Shown: positions 28,065-37,380, counted from the stretch's first letter. The stretch: 64,000 nucleotides of DNA from an uncultured Peptostreptococcaceae bacterium (GCA_964649745.1 CAZYQI010000013.1:12906-76905); one strand, 5' to 3'. The notes: generated from the letters alone by a model not told the origin. Numbers and translations are program-made.

Positions 28065-29208
28065 CCGGAATCTCCTTCCGCGCCCCCCTCGTGCCTGGAT
28101 ATTGATAAAAGTAGCATTTGATGCGACCATTGTAAATTTTCCTGTTTTTTGCAGCCTTTTTCCCATAACTCTTTTCAAAATCCTCATAGGCCGTTATGGC
28201 ATTCAATGACCAGGTTTCCATCGTTTTCATTCTTCGCCCTAACAAGGCATAGAGTTCACGCACTTCATCCATTTCACCCATCCGCTCTCCGTAAGGGGGA
28301 TTGGTAACAATAACACCGCCGGTGTCCTCACCCGTTAACATGGCTACATCTCTGGTTTCAAAGACGATGCAATCTTCCACACCGGCTTCCTCCGCATTGT
28401 TTTTTGCCGTTCGAATGGCTTGAGGATCCTTGTCCGTTCCTGTTATTTTCAGCTCAACCTCTGTCCGGATGGCTCCATAAGCCGCCTTTCGCTCTGCTTT
28501 CCACAGCTCAGCGGGGATCCCCGGCCATGTTTCTGAGATAAATTTCCGATTCAGTCCCGGGGCGATGTTTCGCGCCAGCATAGCCGCTTCAATCACTATC
28601 GTACCGGACCCGCAAAACGGGTCTGTAAGCCTTTGGTCAGGCCGCCACCGTGAAAGCTGAACCAGGGCGGAGGCCAGAGTTTCCTTCAAAGGGGCCTCGT
28701 TCCCTTTTGCCCTGTATCCCCGCCGATGCAAGCCCTCTCCGCTTGTATCGATCATCAGAGTCGCTTCGTCTTTGAGCAAGGCTACAGTTATGGGCAGTTT
28801 CGGTCCTTTCTCAGGGAACCATTCAATCCCTGTAGAGGATTTCATGCACTCCACAATGGCTTTCTTTGTTATCGCCTGACAGTCGGACACACTGAAAAGC
28901 TTGCTCTTTACGGATTTCCCATTCACGGGGAACTCGCTTTCCCCGTTCAGCCAATCCCCCCAGGGAAGTTTTTTCACTCCTTGAAACAACTCCTCAAAGG
29001 ATTCTGCTTTGAAGGAACCCATTTTGATAAAGACCCGCTCGGCGGTTCTTAACCATAGATTGGATCGGCATATTCCCTGCAGATCTGCATCGTATTCCAC
29101 ATACCCGTTGAAAACTTCTACCCCCTCAAATCCCAGGGCCTTTACCTCATATGCAAGAACGCTTTCGATCCCGAAAGCTGCAGTTGCGATACATCTGATT
29201 TTCTTCAT
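28057..29208 (-). CDS. THUMP-domain class I SAM-dependent RNA methyltransferase (RlmL/YpsC-like)
   Basis: 383 aa. The SAM site is DPFCGSGTIVIEAA and the catalytic motif is NPPYGER. Confidence 0.85.
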   Translation of the reverse strand: MKKIRCIATAAFGIESVLAYEVKALGFEGVEVFNGYVEYDADLQGICRSNLWLRTAERVFIKMGSFKAESFEELFQGVKKLPWGDWLNGESEFPVNGKSVKSKLFSVSDCQAITKKAIVECMKSSTGIEWFPEKGPKLPITVALLKDEATLMIDTSGEGLHRRGYRAKGNEAPLKETLASALVQLSRWRPDQRLTDPFCGSGTIVIEAAMLARNIAPGLNRKFISETWPGIPAELWKAERKAAYGAIRTEVELKITGTDKDPQAIRTAKNNAEEAGVEDCIVFETRDVAMLTGEDTGGVIVTNPPYGERMGEMDEVRELYALLGRRMKTMETWSLNAITAYEDFEKSYGKKAAKNRKIYNGRIKCYFYQYPGTRGARKEIPVG

Positions 29209-29220
29209 TTGTTTTCCTCT

Positions 29221-30060
29221 CTACACTGACAGACCCAGACGTTTCTCCAGGTATCTTCGTTTATATATGCGCTGCCCTTGTTTACCCATTCGATTTACAA
29301 AATCGAAATTCATCGAAGCACCTAAGAATGCGCCTGCCAACGGAAGCGCCTGTAATAGGCGGTTCGCCACAAGAGCCCTTGCAATGTGTGCCGAACAAAA
29401 AGCCGCCGCCTCCTGGGGGGGATAATATTCCTCACGGTCCATCAGGGAAATATCCTGTTGCCTAATCCAATTCTCTATCAGTTTCATCTTTCCATAAACC
29501 AGTTGCCGTCCCTCGGCCTCAGGTGTTAAAGCAAAAGGAACCAGCATAAGGAGATAGAGCTTCTCAAAATAGTTCTGCGGATCGTTTCCATACGCCTCAC
29601 AGGCGTATTCCAGGGTTTCAATCGCAGTTTTCATGAGTAGCGGAAGTTCCATCATTGATATTGCTATCCCTCCAATGGCGCCAACTCCCCCTGTGAATGA
29701 AACGAAAAGTCCACTTTTCTGTATCGTTCCATTTACATACTTGTCGATGGTTGCCGTCGGCAATGCGAATATTTCTTCGGGAAAAGCGATACCTATACCG
29801 TCCAAAATTTGCCGTCTACGCTCCTCCCGTTGGCGAAACGGGGTATAGTGCTTCAGATATCCAGTGAGAAAAGGTTCTATTGCCTTCGTGATTTCAAGCA
29901 ACAGATCCATATTCGTCTTGTCTTCAATCAATTCATTCAATTTTTTTAAGGATGGGTCCAGGAGAGACGTTGAGTTCTCATGGAGCGTTCGGGCCTCCTG
30001 TTTCTGTAATTCCCGGTATTGGAGCACCAGGCTTTCCTTTCTCACATACATTCCTCCCAT
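29221..30060 (-). CDS. EcsC family protein
   Basis: 279 aa. TGGVGAIGGIAISMMELPLLMKTAIETLEYACEAYGND is an EcsC-like glycine-rich segment. Its ATG shares the A of the upstream TGA (TGATG). Confidence 0.6.
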   Translation of the reverse strand: MGGMYVRKESLVLQYRELQKQEARTLHENSTSLLDPSLKKLNELIEDKTNMDLLLEITKAIEPFLTGYLKHYTPFRQREERRRQILDGIGIAFPEEIFALPTATIDKYVNGTIQKSGLFVSFTGGVGAIGGIAISMMELPLLMKTAIETLEYACEAYGNDPQNYFEKLYLLMLVPFALTPEAEGRQLVYGKMKLIENWIRQQDISLMDREEYYPPQEAAAFCSAHIARALVANRLLQALPLAGAFLGASMNFDFVNRMGKQGQRIYKRRYLEKRLGLSV

Positions 30061-31313
30061 CAGCTGTTTCCGTTCAAATGCTTCTCAATCAGTTGCTGCA
30101 GTCGTTTCATGTCAATAGGCTTGGATATGTAGTCGTCGAAGCCATAGCTTACCAGATATTCCTTTTCTGTCTTAATGACCTTGGCTGTACATGCGATAAT
30201 CGGTACCCGTTTTCCGGATGTTTTCTTTTCAATTTCATCGAAGGCTTCAAAACCGTTGATGACCGGCATCATGATATCCATGAAAACCAGATCCGGCTGA
30301 TGCTCAAAATACAGATCCACGGCTTGTCTGCCGTTCTTTGCAAAAATAACCTCGTAACGGTCTTTGAGCATGAACTTCATCGTTATCCGCCCAAGAACCT
30401 CGTCTTCTGCCACAAGTATCCTTTTTCTTTCCTCTGTCTTCTTGCCTGCAGAATACGGGCCGGTCTCCGCTTCTTCCTGTTTGTTGAACGAAGGCTCTGA
30501 TTCGCAATTTCTCACAGGGATTTTAACGATGACAGAGGTTCCGCTTCCCACATGACTTTCTGCACTGATGGATCCTCCCATAAGCTCTGTCAATCGCTTT
30601 GAAACACTAAGCCCTAAACCGACGCCACCGTATTCCCTGGTGCTGGAACCGTCCACCTGATTAAAAACGTCGAAAATATGACTGAGCTTCCCTTCTGGGA
30701 TCCCGATTCCTGTATCTGTAATCCGGAGAACCAATATCCTCTTATGATCCTCCGACAGTTCAGAATCGCATTGCAATTCAACACTGCCTATCCTTGAAAA
30801 CTTGATCGCATTGTCGATAATGTTTGATACGATTTGGCTAAGTCTGTACTTATCCAGTACAATGACCTCCGGAACATGATTCCCGATCGTGTAGTCCAGG
30901 GTCAGCCCTTTCTGGATTGCCATCTTTTCCTTGGAACTAACGGTATTCTTTACAAATTCCAGCACGCTGAATTCTTCTTCGATCACTTGCAATGTCTCAC
31001 GTTCTATGTTTGAAAGCGTAAGCATGCCATCTACAACCTTCAGTAACTGTTCGGAAGCTGTCCGCATATAATGCAGCAGCTCCCGCTGCTTATCGTCCAG
31101 ACTGGTGTGCTCCAGCACCTGAATCATACCGATAATGCCGTTCATGGGCGTCCGTATTTCGTGAGATGTGTTGGCGATGAATTCTGACTTTGCCTTTTCT
31201 GCGCCACATTCTTTTCCGGCCTTCGCAAGGGCTTGCTGCAGATCGTTGATCTCCTCTTCTTTTTCTGCCAGCCGGCCTTTTAGCTCGTCCAGTGTTAGAT
31301 CCTTCGCATCCAT
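30060..31313 (-). CDS. Cytoplasmic hybrid histidine kinase (coiled coil, HisKA, HATPase_c, REC) with no recognisable sensor domain
   Basis: ATG at 31313 ([13 protein letters not shown]...) has GGAGGA 6 nt upstream; the track start is 31334. H-box is [16 protein letters not shown] and the G-box is [10 protein letters not shown]. The REC domain reads ILVAEDE...VFMDIMMP...SKP. Confidence 0.8.
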   Translation of the reverse strand: MDAKDLTLDELKGRLAEKEEEINDLQQALAKAGKECGAEKAKSEFIANTSHEIRTPMNGIIGMIQVLEHTSLDDKQRELLHYMRTASEQLLKVVDGMLTLSNIERETLQVIEEEFSVLEFVKNTVSSKEKMAIQKGLTLDYTIGNHVPEVIVLDKYRLSQIVSNIIDNAIKFSRIGSVELQCDSELSEDHKRILVLRITDTGIGIPEGKLSHIFDVFNQVDGSSTREYGGVGLGLSVSKRLTELMGGSISAESHVGSGTSVIVKIPVRNCESEPSFNKQEEAETGPYSAGKKTEERKRILVAEDEVLGRITMKFMLKDRYEVIFAKNGRQAVDLYFEHQPDLVFMDIMMPVINGFEAFDEIEKKTSGKRVPIIACTAKVIKTEKEYLVSYGFDDYISKPIDMKRLQQLIEKHLNGNS

Positions 31314-31381
31314 TGAAAATCCTCCGGTTAGCATGTGACTACCTCTTTATTATAGCAAATAATGCCGATACCCATGTGCTC

Positions 31382-31416
31382 AAAAAAAAATAACATCCCC
31401 TTATGAGGATGTTATT
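31382..31416 (-). terminator. Rho-independent terminator after recR
   Basis: Minus strand reads ATAACATCC-N9-GGATGTTAT followed by T9. Confidence 0.8.
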
Positions 31417-31417
31417 A

Positions 31418-32020
31418 TCACAGTTCACGTCTGCCTTCCAAGGCCTTGGCCAGGGTAACTTCGTCCGCATATTCAAGATCCCCGCCCACCGGTATACCAT
31501 GGGCGATTCGCGAGATGGCGATACCCAGGGGTTTTACCAGTCTTGAAATGTACATGGCAGTTGCTTCTCCCTCAATCGTAGGGTTGGTCGCCATGATGAT
31601 TTCCCTGACATCGGGATTGTCCGCCAGCCTTCCCAGAAGCTCTTTAACCCGGATATCCTCAGGGCCTACACCATCCAGAGGCGAAATGGCGCCATGAAGT
31701 ACATGGTATACCCCTTTATACTCCCGTGTACGTTCCATGGCCGCCACATCCCTGGGATCCTCAACAACGCACAGCAGCCCCGAATCTCTGGACGCACTGG
31801 TGCAGATACCGCAGGGATCAACATCCGTATAATTGCCGCATATACTGCAGTAACGTATTTTCGCCCGCGCATCCAGTATTGCCTCAGCCAGCTCCTGTGG
31901 ATCTCGGCTTCTGGCATTCACCATATGGAAGGCCAGCCTTTGGGCCGTTTTCTTTCCTATTCCGGGAAGCCGGGAAAGCGACTCGATAAGCCGTTCAATT
32001 GAAGCTGGATAAAGTTGCAT
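31418..32020 (-). CDS. recR: Recombination protein RecR
   Basis: 200 aa, [22 protein letters not shown], with zinc finger [16 protein letters not shown] and a Toprim domain. Confidence 0.97.
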   Translation of the reverse strand: MQLYPASIERLIESLSRLPGIGKKTAQRLAFHMVNARSRDPQELAEAILDARAKIRYCSICGNYTDVDPCGICTSASRDSGLLCVVEDPRDVAAMERTREYKGVYHVLHGAISPLDGVGPEDIRVKELLGRLADNPDVREIIMATNPTIEGEATAMYISRLVKPLGIAISRIAHGIPVGGDLEYADEVTLAKALEGRREL

Positions 32021-32044
32021 GGCTTCTCCTCATTGTTTTCTATG

Positions 32045-32383
32045 CTAGAACATTCCGGGAAGGTTCATGCCACCGGTTATTTTCCCCATTTCACGGGCGA
32101 TTTCATCCTCTGCATTCTTCATGGCTTCATTTACTGCAACCATGATGAGGTCCTGCAGCATCTCCACATCATCCGGGTCCACAATGCTGGGGTCCAGTTT
32201 AATTTCGGTAAGCACCTTTTTCCCTGTCACCTTGACATGGATTGCACCGCCCCCTGCAGAGGACTCATAGGTTCTTCCTTCCAGTTCCTGTTGGGTCTTT
32301 TCCATATCCCGCTGCATCTTTTGAACCTGTTTCATCATCTGACCCATGTTCCCTGGAATTCCACCCTGCATTTTGCCTTTCAT
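32045..32383 (-). CDS. ybaB: Nucleoid-associated protein YbaB/EbfC
   Basis: 112 aa, NMGQMMKQVQKMQRDMEKTQQELE... Confidence 0.95.
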   Translation of the reverse strand: MKGKMQGGIPGNMGQMMKQVQKMQRDMEKTQQELEGRTYESSAGGGAIHVKVTGKKVLTEIKLDPSIVDPDDVEMLQDLIMVAVNEAMKNAEDEIAREMGKITGGMNLPGMF

Positions 32384-32384
32384 A

Positions 32385-34040
32385 TTAGTCCTCCTTTGAA
32401 TTTATCGTTATCTTATCTTCGTACCCTTTGAAAAAATCCCTGACCTCCGAGACCAGCTCTGAGGAACCTATGGATACAGGGGGTTCCCCCGCCTGTTGAA
32501 TACAGCTCAACCGTACCTTCAAGCCCATCTGCTGCTCAATTGCCTGCTCCACATGGCTTCGGTTCTCTTCCTTATCCATGGCCATACGATGGAACTCAAA
32601 TTGCTCTTTAAAAGAAACCGTTAGAACAGGGGACTTAAAATCCAGCAGTTCACCCTCTACCATAAGCGCATAGGTAGAAATTCGAATCTTTTTCAGGGCA
32701 GAAAGGATTGCCGGCCAATTTTGCGCGAAGGCTTGCAATTCAACATTATCGGTTCTGACCACCGCAGGCTTATCCGTTGGGGCAGAAACCACTGCCGGTT
32801 TAACATCAACCGGTTTTGTAACCGTCGGATTCGCGGGAGGGGCAGTCATCGCTGCCTTCGGTTCCGCCTTTATCCACGCGCCTGCTTCGATCCCCTGAAT
32901 ACGCCTTTCCAGTTCTTCTACCCGGTGCACCAGGATATCGCTGGATTCTGCGCCACTATCATATATCAGTCTTATCAGCGTCATTTCCATAAGTGCTCTG
33001 GGATGAGGGGTCCATTTTGCTTCACCCTCTAATTTTGAGAACTGGGAAAGCCAGTTCATCAATCGTGGTGTTCCCGCGCGGTTAGCCAACGCGGCCAGGG
33101 TTCCCTGAGTTTCCTTTGAAACATCCAGCAGCTGCTCCGGGTTCTTGGAAACCTGGACCAGCAAAAGCTTCCGAAAAAACTCAACCGTCTCCCGTATCAG
33201 TTGATTCAAGTCCTTTCCCTCGGATACGGCATAGGCGATATCCTGGAGGAGAGCATCCGGATTGGCATCCAGAAGAGATTCGGTCAATCTCACAAGGAAC
33301 TGATCTCCAGACATGCCTAGGATGCCCAAAACCCGTTCATGGGTCAGGGCCCCCTCCTCAAAAGAAAGACAACGGTCCAGTATACTCAGGGCATCTCGCA
33401 TAGCCCCTTCCGAGCACTGGACAATAAGTCTCAGGGCTTCCGCCTCGCATGGGCGGCCTTCCTTAATACATATTTCTTCCAACACATTTGTAACCGACTC
33501 ATAGCTAACCCTTTTAAAATCAAACCGCTGACATCTGGAATGAATCGTCGGGGGAATCTTATGGGGTTCAGTTGTAGCAAGAATAAAAATGATGTGCGCG
33601 GGGGGCTCTTCCAGGGTTTTAAGCAACGCATTAAAGGCTCCCTTGGAAAGCATATGAACCTCGTCAATTATATACACTTTATAACGGCCATTGGCAGGCG
33701 GGTATTTTACATGCTCACGCAGTTCCCGGATATCATCCACGCCGTTGTTGGACGCAGCATCCATTTCGAAAACATCCATATTGGACTCTTCCAGAATACT
33801 TAAGCAATTGACACATGCATTACAGGGGATATCCCCCTCCGTACTCAGGCAGTTGACTGCCCTGGAGAATATCTTTGCGGTGGTTGTCTTACCAGTGCCC
33901 CGTGTTCCGCAAAAAAGATAAGCATGAGCAATTCGCCCGGATTGTATTTGGTTCAGCAGGGTCTGAATGATCGCTTCCTGACCCACGATTTCACTGAAAG
34001 AGACCGGTCGCCATTTTCTGTACAAAGCTGTGTATGCCAT
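32385..34040 (-). CDS. dnaX: DNA polymerase III subunit gamma/tau
   Basis: 551 aa, ALYRKWRPVSFSEIVGQE...GTRGTGKTTTAKIF...IIDEVHMLS. Confidence 0.97.
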   Translation of the reverse strand: MAYTALYRKWRPVSFSEIVGQEAIIQTLLNQIQSGRIAHAYLFCGTRGTGKTTTAKIFSRAVNCLSTEGDIPCNACVNCLSILEESNMDVFEMDAASNNGVDDIRELREHVKYPPANGRYKVYIIDEVHMLSKGAFNALLKTLEEPPAHIIFILATTEPHKIPPTIHSRCQRFDFKRVSYESVTNVLEEICIKEGRPCEAEALRLIVQCSEGAMRDALSILDRCLSFEEGALTHERVLGILGMSGDQFLVRLTESLLDANPDALLQDIAYAVSEGKDLNQLIRETVEFFRKLLLVQVSKNPEQLLDVSKETQGTLAALANRAGTPRLMNWLSQFSKLEGEAKWTPHPRALMEMTLIRLIYDSGAESSDILVHRVEELERRIQGIEAGAWIKAEPKAAMTAPPANPTVTKPVDVKPAVVSAPTDKPAVVRTDNVELQAFAQNWPAILSALKKIRISTYALMVEGELLDFKSPVLTVSFKEQFEFHRMAMDKEENRSHVEQAIEQQMGLKVRLSCIQQAGEPPVSIGSSELVSEVRDFFKGYEDKITINSKED

Positions 34041-34089
34041 ACAACCTCCATAATCCGCCCCGCTTTGACACTATTATAACACGACAAAA

Positions 34090-34220
34090 AACGCAAAGCA
34101 GGCTTTTTTCAGGAACCCCCGCGGCACATGGAAGGGACTGCTTACCGTTGCTTCCGTCAGGATCTGGCGGGGTTCACAGACTTCCATTGCGCGGGACCCA
34201 AAGAAATCCTGCTCTGCGTT
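34090..34220 (-). ncRNA. ffs: Signal recognition particle RNA (small 4.5S-type); boundaries approximate
   Basis: Minus strand forms a long hairpin, GCAGAGCAGG...CCTGCTTTGC, with inner helices CCCGCG/CGCGGG and ATGGAAG/CTTCCAT. The conserved domain IV reads GUGAACCCCGCCAGAUCCUGACGGAAGCAACGGUAAGCAG, and a T-tract follows. It sits in the tadA-scr-dnaX position, as in Bacillus. Confidence 0.75.
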
Positions 34221-34254
34221 TTACGCCGGCCCTAAAAGGGCCGGCGCATTGTTT

Positions 34255-34342
34255 TGGCGGAGAGCGCGGGACTCGAACCCGCGGGGCCGTTAAGCCTTAC
34301 ACGCTTTCCAGGCGTGCCCCTTAGCCACTCGGACAGCTCTCC
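34255..34342 (-). tRNA. tRNA-Ser (anticodon GGA), CCA encoded
   Basis: Minus strand reads GGAGAGCTGTCCGAGTGG...CACGC-CTGGAAA-GCGTG, then a long variable arm, GCGGGTTCGAGTCCCGC and GCTCTCCGCCA. Confidence 0.9.
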
Positions 34343-34351
34343 ATATTGGTG

Positions 34352-34822
34352 TTACTCGTACTGCCTTTTTTTTCTCAAGCATTTAAAGAAATTGCTGATG
34401 ATTGCGCTGCACTCCTCAGTCCGAACTCCGCCGTGTACTTCCATCCGGTGATTCAAACGGGAGTCTGTCGGTATCGTATAAAGAGATTCCACGGCTCCCG
34501 CCTTGTGATCGGAAGAACCGTACACCAGTTTGTCCAGACGGGCCATCACGATGGCACCGGCGCACATCGGACAGGGTTCAATAGTAACATAGATATCACA
34601 GCCTGTCAAGCGCCAGCCACCTAAATACTTCGAAGCCTCTCTAATCGCAATAATTTCCGCATGGGCTGTAGGGTCCTTATCCGTTTCACGTCGGTTATAG
34701 CCCCTGCCGATAATGACATCATCCCTTACGATCACCGCACCGATTGGAACTTCACCCATAAGGGCGGCTTTCCCGGCTTCTTCCAATGCTACACCCATAA
34801 AATGATTAAACTGATCTTCCAA
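34352..34822 (-). CDS. tadA: tRNA-specific adenosine deaminase TadA
   Basis: Deaminase motifs are HAEIIAIREA and PCPMCAGA. I favour the TTG at 34822 (GAGGTG upstream, giving MEDQFNHFMGVALEEA...). The track ATG at 34924 has no RBS, so the start is uncertain. Confidence 0.85.
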   Translation of the reverse strand: MEDQFNHFMGVALEEAGKAALMGEVPIGAVIVRDDVIIGRGYNRRETDKDPTAHAEIIAIREASKYLGGWRLTGCDIYVTIEPCPMCAGAIVMARLDKLVYGSSDHKAGAVESLYTIPTDSRLNHRMEVHGGVRTEECSAIISNFFKCLRKKRQYE

Positions 34823-35041
34823 GGTGCACCTCGACAATTCTAGCAAACTTGTCTCTGATTTGCAATTCTTTTGTTTGTTAAGTGTTTCGCGGCCTCTTTT
34901 GTGTATAAAACACTGTGTATTCATTGATAGAACTTAGCATTAGCGATTGTTGTTAACTTTGTTGTAAATCAATTTTCCTAATTCTATTAATTAACAAGCT
35001 TTACACTGTTCCTATTAAACAGCTCACCTGACTAATTTAAA

Positions 35042-35118
35042 TGGCGCACCCGAAAGGATTCGAACCTTCGGCCTATCGCTTAGGAGGCGATCGCTCTATC
35101 CTACTGAGCTACGGGTGC
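35042..35118 (-). tRNA. tRNA-Arg (anticodon CCU), CCA encoded
   Basis: Minus strand reads GCACCCGTAGCTCAGTAGGATAGAGCG-ATCGC-CTCCTAA-GCGAT-AGGCC-GAAGGTTCGAATCCTTC-CGGGTGCGCCA. Confidence 0.9.
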
Positions 35119-35128
35119 GTTTATTGAT

Positions 35129-35686
35129 TTAGGGGGTATCTCCTTTGAATCCTTCAACATATACATGGGTACGCATGTTCATCCATATCTTTTCGGGGTC
35201 CGTGGTGGCAGGATTGCTGCTTCCATTGCTCTTAATCGTTATCCTTGATTCCTCAATCCCTTTTCCGATAAGTACCTGTGCAACAACCTCCGCTCTTTTC
35301 TGAGAAAGGTCTTTTCCGAAATCAGTGTCCCCTGAACCGTTTATTCCGTTGATATTCCCTTCAACAACAAGCTTAATCTCCGCGTTTTCATTCAGAAGCC
35401 CGGTTATTTCAGATATTTTCCCGATTTCTTTGGCCTGTATCTCCCATTGATTCGGATCGAAATAAATCACCGCGGAGAGCTCCTTCAATTGATCCTCCGT
35501 TAACGGTTCCTGAACTTCTACAACGGATTGAGGTGCAGTTGGCTCCGTACTTTCAGCCCCTGGCGCAGGGATGGCTGCTGAGCTCGGCTCAGTGCCGGGA
35601 AACAGCAATGGCACCGCCACAAAAGAAAGAAGGATCAGGAACGTCGCCAACGCAACCTGGCCCTTGACAGTCAGTCGATACTTCAT
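35129..35686 (-). CDS. Single-pass membrane protein with a C-terminal OmpA/MotB-like peptidoglycan-binding domain
   Basis: 185 aa with TM VALATFLILLSFVAVPLLF. The OmpA_C-like segment is IYFDPNQWEI...IKLVVEGNING...DLSQKRAEVVAQVLIGKGI...ITIKSNGSSNP. Confidence 0.65.
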   Translation of the reverse strand: MKYRLTVKGQVALATFLILLSFVAVPLLFPGTEPSSAAIPAPGAESTEPTAPQSVVEVQEPLTEDQLKELSAVIYFDPNQWEIQAKEIGKISEITGLLNENAEIKLVVEGNINGINGSGDTDFGKDLSQKRAEVVAQVLIGKGIEESRITIKSNGSSNPATTDPEKIWMNMRTHVYVEGFKGDTP

Positions 35687-35705
35687 GCCGTCACGTCCTT
35701 AGGCA

Positions 35706-36299
35706 TTATTTTTTCCCTTTGATGAATTCAACGATATTGATTACCTTCTGGATCTCATACTCCAACGCAGAATTCTGACTTTCCTGGAACTTCAATCGTC
35801 CCTGAATATCTCTCCGGAGCTCATCAATTCTTTTTTCAAGCTCTCGTATGGTTCCTTCATTCTTTGCGTTCACCTGCTCCGTAACCTGAACTGTCTGCTC
35901 AAGTACGTTATTCAAGGCATCGATTCTCTGATAAGCGTCGTTCAGGAGATCTTCAACCTTCATTTCAGCAGCCTTCATGATATTGTTCACAGATTCACGC
36001 TTAATATCCGATGGCAGATTTTCCGGAAGAGCCTTCATTAATACATCTACCATAAAGACCGTTTCTTTGATATCGCGATTCAGATTGGCCTTCCTGTAAA
36101 CATCCTCGACCGTCATCAGCTTGTCACGCTCATAGGATTCAATCAGCACATCCAGCTTTTCCTCGATTTTTTGAACCTGTTCTTCTTCAAACTCAACGGG
36201 CGCAGGGACAAAATCATCTAATTCTGAAAAATCAACAACCTCTTCTTCTACAGGTTCAACTAAACCAAGTTTTTCAAAGATGTTCTTTTTCGTTGCCAA
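35706..36299 (-). CDS. Acidic coiled-coil protein of unknown function
   Basis: 197 aa with a TTG start and GGGAGGG 7 nt upstream. The C-terminal half is heptad-rich (LEQTVQVTEQVNAKNEGTIRELEKRIDELRRDIQGRLKFQ). I recognise no family. Confidence 0.55.
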   Translation of the reverse strand: MATKKNIFEKLGLVEPVEEEVVDFSELDDFVPAPVEFEEEQVQKIEEKLDVLIESYERDKLMTVEDVYRKANLNRDIKETVFMVDVLMKALPENLPSDIKRESVNNIMKAAEMKVEDLLNDAYQRIDALNNVLEQTVQVTEQVNAKNEGTIRELEKRIDELRRDIQGRLKFQESQNSALEYEIQKVINIVEFIKGKK

Positions 36300-36391
36300 T
36301 TGACAACCCTCCCATAAATGGGGTTCTCACCCCTGCATCAAAGTTCAAACCCTTACTTATTATAAATAAAAAGATGAAACAAAGCCACCTT

Positions 36392-36856
36392 TTATTCACC
36401 TATTTGAATCAAGGCCTCGTGCATTCTTTCTACAAAAGAAGCACTGGACTTGTTCCACTTGACAAGACGCTGCAGCATTTTCAGCTGATGTTCCTTTCGC
36501 TCGTTCTCTTCTTTTCTGACCTTTATCATATGGCTATAATTCTCCAATTGTTGAAGAAGGTCTGAGCAGTGAAGATCACACGCCTGTAAAACCATGGATT
36601 GCGCGGCGTCCAGCTCTTCTTTCAGCTCTGATGAGCCATGACTCTCTCTCTCTATCGGTCCTTCAGAATTCATGCCCTCATTTACGGATATGTTTAACGC
36701 CTTTCTCAGAATATCCACTCCCGTATCCTCAATATACGCAATATTGCTGCGATACCGGATATGGGGCTTCAGTTCCTTCTTGTGCAATTCCATTTTTTTA
36801 TAAACGGTGACTTTACTGACACCAAGGAGCCTTGCCACTTCTATGACCCTGTGCAT
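36392..36856 (-). CDS. MerR/excisionase-type HTH protein with a coiled-coil tail (paralog 1)
   Basis: 154 aa, MHRVIEVARLLGVSKVTVYKKMELHKKELKPHIRYRSNIAYIEDTGVDILRKAL, followed by a charged heptad-rich tail. Its RBS overlaps the end of paralog 2. Confidence 0.6.
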   Translation of the reverse strand: MHRVIEVARLLGVSKVTVYKKMELHKKELKPHIRYRSNIAYIEDTGVDILRKALNISVNEGMNSEGPIERESHGSSELKEELDAAQSMVLQACDLHCSDLLQQLENYSHMIKVRKEENERKEHQLKMLQRLVKWNKSSASFVERMHEALIQIGE

Positions 36857-36867
36857 CTAATCACCTT

Positions 36868-37380
36868 TCACTTTCTGTCATTACCAGAAAAAAATTCGAT
36901 TTGGCTTCCCACTGACTCTGCTTGTTTTCTAAGCCGCAATGTGCCTTCCAGTTGATCTTCCTCGCGGATTCGCTTATCCATATCCTCTTTTAGAATACCC
37001 ATATAGTGAGTGATGGCCTCGTCCAGTTTTCGGCTTTCCAGATTCAGTCGGTGAAGCTCACTGCGGCTCTGATTGATTCGATCCTTAAGATTCAGGAGCT
37101 CCAGCTCCCTGCGATCCATTTCCGAGAGTGAACCTTCCTGCTCACGCTTTAAATCAGCGGCCTCATCCCTCTCTCCTGTTGTATAGGTGAGCTTCGCCGC
37201 CGCCAATCGTTCTTCCTCAAAGGCATGTTTCAGTATTAAAAGCCCCTGATCCGATATATATGTTACACCTTTTTCCTTATGGGTGTGTTCTGACAGCTCT
37301 GTTTTATAAAGAATCAATTTCTCATGGATCCGCACCGTGGCTACATTCAGTATTTCTGCGAGCTTGGCTATCCTATACAC
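36868..37380 (-). CDS. MerR/excisionase-type HTH protein with a coiled-coil tail (paralog 2)
   Basis: 170 aa with a GTG start and AGGAGG 6 nt upstream. MYRIAKLAEILNVATVRIHEKLILYKTELSEHTHKEKGVTYISDQGLLILKHAF aligns without gaps to the first 54 aa of paralog 1. Confidence 0.6.
   Translation of the reverse strand: MYRIAKLAEILNVATVRIHEKLILYKTELSEHTHKEKGVTYISDQGLLILKHAFEEERLAAAKLTYTTGERDEAADLKREQEGSLSEMDRRELELLNLKDRINQSRSELHRLNLESRKLDEAITHYMGILKEDMDKRIREEDQLEGTLRLRKQAESVGSQIEFFSGNDRK

Noticed and set aside
32385-34040. A programmed frameshift site in dnaX (an A AAA AAG-type slippery run).
   Set aside because: I saw no A-rich slippery heptamer on the coding strand, and the ORF is continuous at full tau length.
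35042-37380. A possible tRNA-Arg-linked genomic island, given the lower apparent GC.
   Set aside because: The cluster lies on the 5' side of the tRNA rather than downstream of its 3' end. I saw no integrase, no direct repeat of the tRNA 3' end and no mobility gene. The GC difference is only a visual impression.
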